DNA of 64,000 bases from Bilabrum cf. latius (Eukaryota). The translations under genes were made by a program, and so were the position numbers. Within the stretch, counting starts at the first letter, position 1, and every line of letters starts with the position of its first letter. The stretch covers positions 124,001 to 188,000 of the forward strand of contig OZ237739.1 in NCBI GenBank assembly GCA_965178125.1. Reading direction: 5' to 3'. The notes beneath the pieces were generated by a model. It worked only from the letters and a program-made list of their open reading frames with translations. It was not told the origin of the DNA and did not search any database. Positions 11,457-22,006 of the stretch are shown piece after piece.

Positions 11457-13995
11457 GCTCAGCCAGCAGAGTGCGCAATGGAAGCAAAGCCGGGCGATCG
11501 TGGCGCGAATGACCACTCGTATGGCCCCAACGGTGAGGCGGAGGGTGAACGCTGTGGGTGGTGTTTTCGATGTGTTTCAAGGTATGGCTGTTGAACACAT
11601 GTCGAGCTTCTCGGAGCCTGTCGTACGCGAGGCTGTGAACATGCTAAACAAAGAAGGGGCAGATGCGCAGCGGGCTCTGTTGGGCAGCTGCGTACGCGGC
11701 CACACGCCGGTCGCTTCCCTGGGCGCAGGGGCTGCCGTTATGGGCGTGTTCAAACCGACCACGACGCCAGACGTGGAATCGGGCCTGCGTGGCGCTCTGG
11801 AAGTGGCAGCAGGGTTCTCAAAGGACGATCTGATGCCCGAGGACCATGGTGAGCTCTGGAAATGCCTGCAGCAACCACTACAGAGTGGTGTAACGCCACA
11901 GCAGGCAGCGTGGGCAGCACGTGCGGCCCTGTTCGGCTATGCCCGGGTGGCACCGTGGACGATCCCCTTCCTCGACGAAATGTTCGATGCTCTGTTGCCC
12001 AACATGCTGATCCATGCGATGCCGAAGCCAACATGCAGCAGTTCGTCGGCGAGCGCGGCGACGGGTGGAAACTCAGACCAAGATGCGACGGGCAGCAATG
12101 GGGTGCTCCCACTCTGGGGAGCACCGGTGATCCCGCTACCATCCGGGGCATCAACAACAGCACCATTCACGGGGTCAAGGCCTGAACGTGTAGCCGGGGG
12201 GCCGATGGGAGCGCACTCACTGGGCCGGGGCATCATGGACGGTGGCGGGTTTGGGTGGAAACTGCCTGCCCCAAGCGGGGGGGCCGGTGCAGGGGCGACT
12301 GCTACCTCAGGCCATCCGCTGAGCGAGCTGGGCCTCTTTGATTTTGGGGGCGGATTCAGCCATGGTGGAGTGACTGCGGCCGATGCTGGGGCGGGTGGCA
12401 AACCAGCGGGAGGTCCAACGGCAAGCCGCGGTGCCAGCGCGGTGTTTGGGGCGCAGGCGTCGATGGGCACCATCTCGGGCGCAACGCTGGGAAAAAGGGG
12501 GAGAGCGGAAGAGGTGGGGGAAGCACAAGCTCCCTGGGAGGCCATTGTGGCGGATTCGGAACGTCGCACCAAGGCGGCAAGGCGCGAGCAAGAGGTCGAG
12601 GGAGCATCCGCGGGAGCAGGAGAGGCGACCGCGAGTGACGCGATCGACAAGCGAATTCAACAGGCGGTTGCGGCCATGGCATCGGGTGAGCCCAATGGTA
12701 CGTTGTAGTTGCTCCGTGCCCTTGCGCTTGAGTTAAATGCCCGGCCCGAGCACTCCACCCAGGCGATTAAGTCGTCAGCCGGCGCCTGCAAGAAGTCACC
12801 ATACCAGGGCCAGGTCGGAGCAGACGATGGAGACGGCGCCAAGGAAGTGCATAATTCCATTCCCACGGCGAAGGGAGTTGACTCTTTGTTCTACGACACC
12901 GTACGGTCTTAGGAGGTGCTTCAATTTAGGGACAGTGCACGGTATTTGGCCGAACTCGGGGAGGAAGGCGAGAGAGCTAAGGACTTGGCCTCAGTGGCGC
13001 TGACGAGTGCGGACAAGGCAAAGATTTCGTTACTTCGGATTGAACGCCCCGCGCAGATAATGTTCGCTTCTATGGCGAGTGCGGCTGGTTTTCGCCGGGA
13101 GTCAGGATCTGGCCGCAGCTTTCATGTGGCACCGGTGCTGGAGGAGGCGGGTGATTTGCTCATGCCGGACGGGATCAGGCAATTTGCGAGTAAGTGCGGG
13201 TAGCACGTGTTGTCGGGAGTGGCAGAACTGGAACAAGGCAACATTTTTCGATTACCCACGATATTGACCAGATCGGTGTGTGGGGCGCTCGAGTGGGTCG
13301 TGGCAGGGAGCACGTCGTTGCTGAAGGTGGTTATCACACTTGCGACACTGCTGCACCAGGATAAGCATGCGGAAGCCAGGGCAGTAATGAGCAAGCTTCA
13401 CGAGGCGTTGGAGATTGCAGTGCGAAGAATGTTCTTGGGCTTAGGGATGGTCCTTCATGCGGCAGCAGTCCGCACGGCAGGTGGAGGCAACGGGGACACA
13501 GCCAATACGGGTCAGCATTTCGTGTTAGCAACTGCTCTGCGCATGATTTTGATACATAGGGTGGCACCAGTGGGGAGAATGGATACTCCTGCGGTGCTTC
13601 GACTGTGGTAGTTGCGGAGCGAGAACGAGACCCCGCTGCGGATGACGCAGACTCAGGTGGGGCCCACGTGGGAATTACTGGGACTGAATCCGGCAGGCAA
13701 CCATAGCGCTATGGCGTGGGAGGATGTGACAGCCGCGATAGACAAGTCAGCATTGGAGCGAGCGAAGCGGGTGGCAAAGGAGCATGGGGCCGCAGCTGGA
13801 GGAGCGGGGGCAGCGGCAAAACGGTAGTCAGCGAAGGCCAGCAGCAGCAGCAGCAGCAGCAGTAGCGCGAGTGCGGGTGGACAAGAGTCGCAGCAGGAGT
13901 CAGAGCGCCAAAAAGGGACGACATCGGGGCCCAAAACGTAGGCGGAGCACCGTACCTCCCCAAGACGAAGTGGCCGACTAGCGGGGAATGGGTGA
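11455..13995 (+). CDS. Retrotransposon ORF1, putative Gag-like (846 aa; TAG at 12706, 12910, 13201, 13609, 13825, 13939)
   Basis: ATG at the end of A1; one frame broken only by TAG until TGA at 13993. Gag assignment is positional only; no CCHC knuckle seen. Confidence 0.7.
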
Positions 13996-16387
13996 CGCGG
14001 CCCGAGCCAGGGGAAGGGCTGCAGTAGTGTAGGCATGTGCACTATCTTCGGAAGCAGCGCAAAAAATCCTGGCTCAGCAGAAGACTCCGACCCTACAGCG
14101 TGGTGAGCCGAGCCTGCGGACACTGGATGGGCGGTGCATTGTGACGGACATCATGGAACACGCGGACGAATTGTTGGACTAGGTTGCATCTGCAGGCCCC
14201 TCGAGACGATGGCACGAGGTGCAGATGGAAGCAGCCGGCTATTCTGTGGACAATGACGGTGATGCGGGAGCGGGGATGACTGGGGATGCGCCGTCAGCAT
14301 TGGGTGCGGACGGGATGTGGTAGGCTTGGGCACGATGCCTGGCAAAGCGGGACAAGATTGACTTGCGGTCATTCCCACCGGGCTAGGCACCATCATCTGC
14401 TTTGGACGTCTGGTATGGAACGTTGTCACACTGGGAGCGTAGGGGCGAACTGCAGCAGGGGGAGCGATGGGCAGCACGCTAGCCGTGTACGCTGTCACCT
14501 CGTGGAGCATGGCAGGCACATTTGGCTCGTTGTCGACGCTGCGGGGCGCGGGGCGCAGTGGAGCCCGATTGTGTAGCGGGCCGGGGGTTTGTTGGACTGG
14601 CACGACATGGGCTTCGGGCGGAGGCAGTCTTGAAGGTGTTGGGGGCGCAGCCGGTACGGGCTGACCCGAAGGACTTGCCGGCGGACGAGGAGGATGTAGT
14701 CCCGTTCGTGGAAGCAGCAGCGAGTGCAGGCAAGATTCGACCGGTGGAGGGCGCCGCGGTCTAGGTGACGCCTATGTTCGTTGCCAAGAGGACCGCAATC
14801 GAGGTACAGCAGCGGGAGGGTCAGACACCACGCTTGGTGCAGCGGGAGGACACGACTGGCAAGCAGCGCCTAGTCACGGATATGAAGCGCTCGGGCGCGA
14901 ACGAGGCATTTCTTGACTTGCGTTTCCGGTATGGTGATTTTGCTCGGCATTTAGCAGAGCGCGTGGGACGTGACAGGCACGAATGGGGGGCAGCCTTCGA
15001 TTTCAAGGCGGCATATCATAGTATAGCGATGGCACCGGGGCTGCAGCGATGGATGGCAGTTCGCGGAGTGGGTGGCAGCATGTTTTAGTTTGTGGTCTTG
15101 TCGTTTGGTTGCAGAATGGGCTGTTTTGTCGCATCAGTAGTGTTGGCAGAGTGTCTAGCGGGGGTGCGACTGCGCACCGCACATTGGGCTTTTGGGTACA
15201 TTGACGATGGCTTTCTGTCAGCACGTACGGAGGCCCGCACTATGTAGTTGTTGTGGTGTGCCGTGCTTGTAGCGCGGGGGATTGGCATGAGGATATAGCC
15301 TAGCAAACTTACCTTTCCAACATAGGTGATTGAGTTCCTTGGGCTAAAGATTACCCTGGGAGCCCACTTGAAGGTGACACTGCGCTCGGATCGATGGCCA
15401 CGGATCCACGCAGTGCCGAGGACCGTTGAGCGAATGCGAGCTTTCAACATGCTAGCAACGAGTGCGCTGGCGGTCAAGGCTGTGGAGAAACTGGCAGGAC
15501 AGTTGGGCGCGGCTGCGGCAGTAATCCCCCACGCTTCGCAGCACGTGTTTGCGATATACTAGGCGGCTGCAAAGGCTCGCAAAGGTGGTAGGCACATCTG
15601 GACGGCAGAGTTCAACGAGGAATTTGAGTGGTGGCTGACATGTAGGGACCGCGGTATCTTGACAGCGGCAGCAGCTGCACCGATATACCCGTTGCCGGAG
15701 GGGAGAGCATCCGTGTTTTGTGCTGACGCGTCAGCCCATGGGCTGGGTGCAATGTGGCGCCGAGGCAATGGTGATTCTGGCTTGATGCAAATGGGTTTCC
15801 ACGAGGACATGCAGTTACTATCCAGTACGGCACGCGAACTAGCATCACTACGAGCTTTTTTGTCAGGACCAGGCTAGTTGGCGAGGAGCCAGACTTGCCC
15901 AGAGGCGCTCTTCGTGCTGTCAGACAATCAAGCCCTGCCAAATTTGCTGCGGAAGGGCGGCTCGATGAAGGCTGGGTAGCGAGATGAGCTGCGAGAGATT
16001 GGAAGGCTGGCTGAGAACTTGGGATACGTTATCTTCCCCGTGTGGTAGAGGCGAAGTACACCGATCATGGTGGCATGCGATAGATTGAGCAGGGTGGAGG
16101 ACGGTGCTGGTCAACTGGTGTAGACGGCGGGGCAGCGCGTGGGCGAAACGGGGTTTGTCTCGGCGGCAAGGGCGACATCTGACTCAACTTTTCATGCACC
16201 ATTTCATCTTCGCAGGACCATTTGGGGAGCTGATCCCAGTGACTGGACGAGCAGGCTCAAGTGCTGCGGCACAACGGCGAGCAGCGGTGGCGGCGACTAG
16301 GACCCTGATGCTGTAGGAGAGTCAGCAGCTCGGCAAGGGAGCTCTGGACGCGCGCAGGCGGAATCTGACCATGCAGGCGGAACTTGA
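13988..16387 (+). CDS. Retrotransposon ORF2, reverse transcriptase plus RNase H (~800 aa; alternative ATG at 13784)
   Basis: RT motifs KQRLVTDM, FDFKAAYHSI, F*FVVLSFG, GYIDDG, PT*VIEFLG. RNase H motifs FCADAS..GLGA, STAREL, LSDNQ, ACDRLSR. About 16 in-frame TAG and no TAA/TGA until 16385. Confidence 0.92.
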
Positions 16388-17432
16388 GGTCGGGGATCCG
16401 GTGGAGGCCATGTGGGCTTTGCTGACGGAGTAGTGCGCCGCCGGGTTGAAGTATGCCACAGTGTTGCGATTGTTCCAAGCGCAAACGGCGTGGTTCAGGT
16501 CAGCGGAGTTCCCGCGTACCCCACTCGCAGACGTGGAGTACAGGCAGGTCAAACTGGCCCTGCTCGGCTACAAGCGTAGATGTGCCGGGGCGACGGATCC
16601 GGACGCGGTACGTGCCCTACGTGTCCTGGTGGACAACCCTGTAACGTTGCGAGCACTAGTGATGATGGCCTGGTAGCTGCAGGCAGAGTGGGATTCGATG
16701 TGGCAAGGCCCAGCTGCGCTGGCCCGTGCGGACTACAACTCAACACCAGCGGTTCTCGATACATTTATGTGCTGCTATGTGGGGACATTCTGTGGCTTGG
16801 CCCGGTGGCCAGATCTGGTGCATCTGGCAATAGGGGAGATAGAGTGGACTGCAGCGTCTGATGACAACGAGGTTGTTCCCGTGGCCCTGATTGGGTGGCA
16901 GCGGTACAAGTCGCGGGTGCTCGGCGGCAACCCCGAGCAGCGCCCGCCAGCGGTCATTCCATGCTTGCCGGATGGATTCGAGGAGTTGTGCCCGTATCGG
17001 TGGCTGAAGTGGTGGGTATCAGTTCGGTAGCCAACACAAGGGCAGCGCGGGGAAGTATTCGCCTCTCGAACACGGGCTGCGCACAGTGCCACGCTGCAGT
17101 GGATAACAGCGCAAGGGATTCCTGTGCACCGCAAGGGGGAGGGTGTGTACGCCTTCAAGAGTGCGGGAGTGTCAGCATTGCGCCAGACGGACCCAACCAA
17201 GGACGAGAAGTACGTGCACGGCCAGGCTGGGTGGTCTCTGCCCAACATGCCAGCGGTGTATGATCGTTACTCATTGATGGAAGCGGCAAGGGTTACGAGG
17301 AGTGGGATTCTTCGGGCTATGGTGGGAGCTGGCTCCATCCCAGAACTTCTGAAGATTTGGGAATCCCAACGCAGGGAGCTTCACCGGAGCCCAGTGAGCA
17401 GTGGTGGGGGTGAACGGGATTCAGGGCTCTAA
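16194..17432 (+). CDS. Retrotransposon ORF3, tyrosine recombinase (412 aa; TAG at 16314, 16431, 16674, 17028)
   Basis: GTFCGLARWPDL (Arg), RYKS (Lys), LCPYRWL, GVYAFKSAG (HxxR position), AGW....MPAVY (Trp, Tyr nucleophile). Overlaps ORF2 and ends in TAA. Confidence 0.85.
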
Positions 17433-17440
17433 CTGGGCCA

Positions 17441-17822
17441 GTGGGTGTTCCTTGCGGCGTTCGATGGGCGAACAGCCAAAAGGGGGGCCCAGTGTAGATC
17501 CCGTGGCCAGTGGCAGGTAGTCCCCATAGCGGCTTGAAAGGTCCGTGCCGCCTGCCCAGTGCCCGGGGAAGCACCAGCCAAAACCAAAGCGCCACGGAAG
17601 GAGGAGATTACGAGGAGCGGGTACTAGGTACGAGAGTGGAAGCTGAGGGCAGGACAAAGCGGCCAGCCGGGCCTAGGCGGCACGGAGACGGCCGTGCTAG
17701 CGACAGACGAGTGGGCGACGGTGGGTAGCGGCGCACGAGTGGCGCGTGGCGGGAGAGGGAGAGTGCTGGGGGAGCGAAGCATTGAGCGGTTGATCGACAG
17801 ATCCACATTACCAACCATCATG
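17441..17822 (+). repeat. Split direct repeat B1
   Basis: Repeated at 19259-19640 with one C/G difference (17664 vs 19482). Confidence 0.95.
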
Positions 17823-17975
17823 ATTCAATGGCACCCCTACTGACGAATACAGAGCATCCATGTACAGTGATGTTTGGGCCGATAGTGGTATACTGATCGG
17901 ATCAATTCCGAGTACGAGCTGAGCGAGACCAGCGCTCTCACTTAGGGGAATTCAGAAGAAGATAAAGGAAATAAT
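17821..17975 (+). repeat. Split direct repeat A2
   Basis: Copy of 11302-11456. Abuts B1 and shares the TG dinucleotide. Confidence 0.95.
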
Positions 17976-19258
17976 TTTTACTTTTATAGAATTGTTTCTT
18001 GTCTTGTTGGCCCCATTTCCTTCGGATATGGATGGGGCGGCATCGCGGCGGAGGCCGGGAGGTGAGGGGGGACCAGTAGTTGGCGGACAACAGAGGGGCC
18101 TACAGCTGAAGGGAGGGGTGCCAGGCGGATAAGGTTTACTCAGCGAGACAGGGCGTCTTAGGGGCGGGTAAGTGTGTGTGTGTCACTGCTGCCCGGTAGT
18201 GTGTGTAATATTCTCTTGGGAGGGGGGCGGAGGCAGACCGCTCCTCCTCCCTCCGCACTCAGTACCAGCATGAACCAGCCCTCTTTTCTGTTCATGTGGA
18301 CCCCCTGACAACGGGGGGACCACGTGGCACCCACGCAGGATGGCGGCGCAGATTCGGAGGGTACCAACACTCATACCTAGCTACCAACATTTAAGCGTTG
18401 CGGAGGGCAACGGAACGGGGCCAGGGAAGCTGCGTGCGTCTAGCCATCTAGAACACGTGGACGAACTGGTGGTGGCCTTTGCCACCATCCCATTTCACCA
18501 ACCAGATGAGGCTCCGTGGTCGCATCTGGTGCCGATGGCCACTGTTAGCAGGACCGTTGGTGGGTGGCTTGGGGGGCCAGGGACTTGGCTGAGTCAAGTA
18601 GGCGTGGGAGTAGGGGTGGGTGCGGTCAGTATGAGGTCCGTGCCTCATGTTGATCGCTGTAAATCCGGCTATAGGTCGGAAGCAACCCACCCTCCCGGTT
18701 GCAACAGTGGGGACGGGTGTGAGGTGGCCACGCGTGAGGTGGTCATGAGACTGGGAGCAGAGGTGTGGTCCGTGCCGTAAAATCCCCCATGTGGAGCACC
18801 TCTGTTTTTCTGGAAGCACAAAGAACCGCGTTGCGGGCCCAGGAAACTTCTGTCCTTTGGATGGCTCCGTGGCCGAAGGGGGACAGAGTGACCTGCACAG
18901 CCGAGAGGAGAGCCTGAATCTCGGATCGACCCTGGGACAGTCGCACCGGCGACACCCACCGAGAGAGCGAGGCGAGATCCTGCACAGCGTACGCTGCAGT
19001 GGAGGACCACTGTGGTGCTGCAAGAGGCACGGCAACGTGCGGACAGCAGCCGGACCCCGTATCCTCACAGAGGGTAAGGCAATGGGAGCCTGAATAGGAG
19101 CGGACCGGGTGACGACTGTGCTGGGGCTGCGGTGAGCATACAGGACCGTGTCGAGCGTGGTGGGCTGGGCGGGATGTGCGAGCGGTGATGCCCTAACTCG
19201 ATCGAGTTCAAGATTTTTTCTTCTTTTTGCGTGGTGGCGTCCCCTAGGTCGGGGCGGC

Positions 19259-19640
19259 GTGGGTGTTCCTTGCGGCGTTCGATGGGCGAACAGCCAAAAG
19301 GGGGGCCCAGTGTAGATCCCGTGGCCAGTGGCAGGTAGTCCCCATAGCGGCTTGAAAGGTCCGTGCCGCCTGCCCAGTGCCCGGGGAAGCACCAGCCAAA
19401 ACCAAAGCGCCACGGAAGGAGGAGATTACGAGGAGCGGGTACTAGGTACGAGAGTGGAAGCTGAGGGCAGGACAAAGCGGCGAGCCGGGCCTAGGCGGCA
19501 CGGAGACGGCCGTGCTAGCGACAGACGAGTGGGCGACGGTGGGTAGCGGCGCACGAGTGGCGCGTGGCGGGAGAGGGAGAGTGCTGGGGGAGCGAAGCAT
19601 TGAGCGGTTGATCGACAGATCCACATTACCAACCATCATG
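19259..19640 (+). repeat. Split direct repeat B2
   Basis: Copy of 17441-17822 at the right end of the element. Confidence 0.95.
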
Positions 19641-19759
19641 GATTCGAACGCGCATCAGCGAAGGTTCGGGGCAGCAGCGAAACTCTCCCCGGAATCCGCA
19701 GAATCGCAAGATCTATCTGAACCAACCACGGACAAAACGAGCACGGCTACTGTACAAAT

Positions 19760-21182
19760 ATGCCCACTAAAACGATGAATATGACGCCGCAAGAGGCGCA
19801 AGCCTACCTCAAAGCACGAGGAGGGCCCGACATTTCAATTTCGTACGGTAACTCATCAGGTAGCGCCGCCGTTCCTGGTTTTGGAGTAGCAGCTTCTTCT
19901 GTGCCTGGATTTGGATCAGATGGGTCATTCAGTAGTGCCCCGGCTCCGGCACCAGCGCCAGCTCCGGCACCGGCTGCCGCGACTGCAGCTGCTCCGGGCG
20001 GTTTGTACGGAGGCTCAGCACCATCATACGGCGGGTCCACCCCTTCGTATGGCGGATCTGCGCCATCTTATGGTGGAGGAGCTCCATCGTATGGTAGCGC
20101 TGCGCCATCTTATGGCGGATCTGGTGGCGCTGCTCCGTCGTACGGAGGCGGCGCCGCTTCCTACGGCAGCGGAGGCGCAGCGCCTCCTCCAGCGCAATAC
20201 GGTGGTGCGGGGTCTGGTTCCGGAGGAGATTACTATGGCCAAGCACCGGGCGGTTACGGGCAGCCTCATGAATATTCGGCCCCGGCTCCCGCCCCGGCCC
20301 CCGCCCCAGCACCCACTCCGGCCCCTGCGACCTCCGACGTGGACGCACTCTTTGCCGCTGTGGACACGGACAACTCGGGCCAGATCGACTCACGGGAGCT
20401 GCAGGCCGCCCTCTCACACGGGGGCTACTCCCGGTTTAGCCCCCGCTGCACGAACCTTCTCATCAGGATCTTCGACACGTCGGGGAGCGGAACCGTGGGA
20501 AGGTCAGACTTCACCCAGCTGTGGAAGTACCTGCAGGAGTGGTCGGCCAGCTTCAAGCAGTTCGACAGGAATGGGGACGGTGAGTGCATCGCATTATTGT
20601 GCAGTGGAGGTTGTGCTTTGGACTGGCATGCGGCAGCGTACAGCATTCACAGGCCACCCAGAATCGCAGTGCCCGATGTGCAGCCCCATTCGTTCCCTCG
20701 TTGCCCCATCCTACTCCCGTACACCGCAGGCTCCATCACCTTTGCCGAATTCTCGGACTCGTTGGCCAGGGCGGGGTACAGACTGAGCGCCGCCACTGTG
20801 GGCCGCATCTTCTCCAACTACGACGAGGACAAGGCAGGCACGCTTTCCTTTGACGAGTTCGTGCAGGCCAACGCGGAGATTTCCATCATGACCTCGGCAT
20901 TCCGTACCCATGACACGTGAGACATATAGCCGTTTCTGCTGCCGTGTTTGCTGTGCTACTTACGAGGTGACTGGCCTGAGCTCCTCCGTGTCTTTAGGTG
21001 TGCCTGTCGCCTGGCGCCAGAGGCAGCGAGCGAGAGGTTGCGTGCCCCGTAATGATGTGCTTGCTACTCGAATACCATTTCACCAATGACCAATCCTTCT
21101 TCGCAGTGGCATGCGAGGCGTGATCACCATAAACTATGAGCAGTTCCTGCAGCTCATCATGGGCCTACCGCTTAGGGACTGA
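19760..21182 (+). CDS. Penta-EF-hand Ca2+-binding protein (peflin/ALG-2-like) with long Gly/Pro/Tyr/Ala-rich N-terminus (exons 19760-20579, 20730-20916, 21107-21182)
   Basis: EF hands DTDNSGQIDSREL, DTSGSGTV, DRNGD|GSITFAEF, DEDKAGTLSFDEF and HD|TGMRGVITINYEQFL, preceded by APSYGG repeats. GTGAG/CAG introns; TGA stop. Start could be 19760, 19775 or 19781. Confidence 0.88.
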
Positions 21183-22006
21183 GAGTGGTTGGTCCGGCAC
21201 GGCGCGGTGACCAGGTACGGTGATACCAGGAGGCATGGAATCGTTGGCAAGGGGCCAACAATCTACCCTATATTTCTCTATATGTGGTGACGAAACATGG
21301 ATTCGTAGAAGATTTAGATCATAGTATCAATCACACAATTACTTTCCTTTTGACTTCCCCGTTGCTTTCTGTGCTTGCGGGTACCCACTCGCGCGCATCC
21401 CCATGTCCTTGGCATACGATACTACTGAGTCGTGCACAAAATCCAGCTGGGGATTGTCCTCTCCGAGCGGCTGCGGTGTTGACGACATGTTGCAATTTGT
21501 TTACGAGGACATCGGAAGCATGCGCAGGAAATAGCACAGGAAGTCGCACTGGCAAAATTAATTCTTACCTCAAGTATACTGGCAAGTTGCTGCACGCGGG
21601 ATGCGAGTCGGCTGACCTATGTCGCAATCCGGGAGCGAATGCGCTGCTGTTGCATCTCATCAGCAGACATACCGATGCCACACAACGAACTCAATTTCGG
21701 GCGCTGACCACCACAAGGATATTTTTAAGTGGATGGCGGTATCGTGTAGACTTCTTGGTTCCCTAAAGCGGCGGTTTTCTGCTGACCTACCGTTTTGAAT
21801 CAAAACCGGAAGTGCACTCAACGCAGCGCTCGCCGCATGAAGAGAGCAAAGAAGTGCGTATGCATCCGGTAGCCAGTGAATACCAAAGACACAAAGCTTG
21901 AAGCCTATACTTGTCAGCTTTTCGCGACACTGTTAGCAACCGGATTCCTGCTGCATTCATTAGGCAACGCGCCACAGCAACAGCAGCTTCAGATCATTGG
22001 CTTGTC

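Larger units (their letters stand above)
11302..19640 (+). mobile_element. Ngaro-type tyrosine-recombinase (YR) retrotransposon with split direct repeats, A1-ORF1-ORF2-ORF3-B1-A2-spacer-B2
   Basis: A repeats 11302-11456 and 17821-17975 (155 bp, identical by eye). B repeats 17441-17822 and 19259-19640 (382 bp, one mismatch). Contains RT-RNase H and YR ORFs, no methyltransferase domain and no target-site duplication. Confidence 0.92.

Noticed and set aside
11302-19640. LTR retrotransposon, DIRS1-type element, prophage or retron
   Set aside because: No DDE integrase or protease, no target-site duplication, no inverted termini. The A...BA...B layout with RT-RH and YR fits Ngaro/PAT, and the lack of a methyltransferase favours Ngaro.
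21284-21766. 160-aa plus-strand ORF
   Set aside because: Non-ATG start, low GC, no motifs or codon bias; treated as intergenic.
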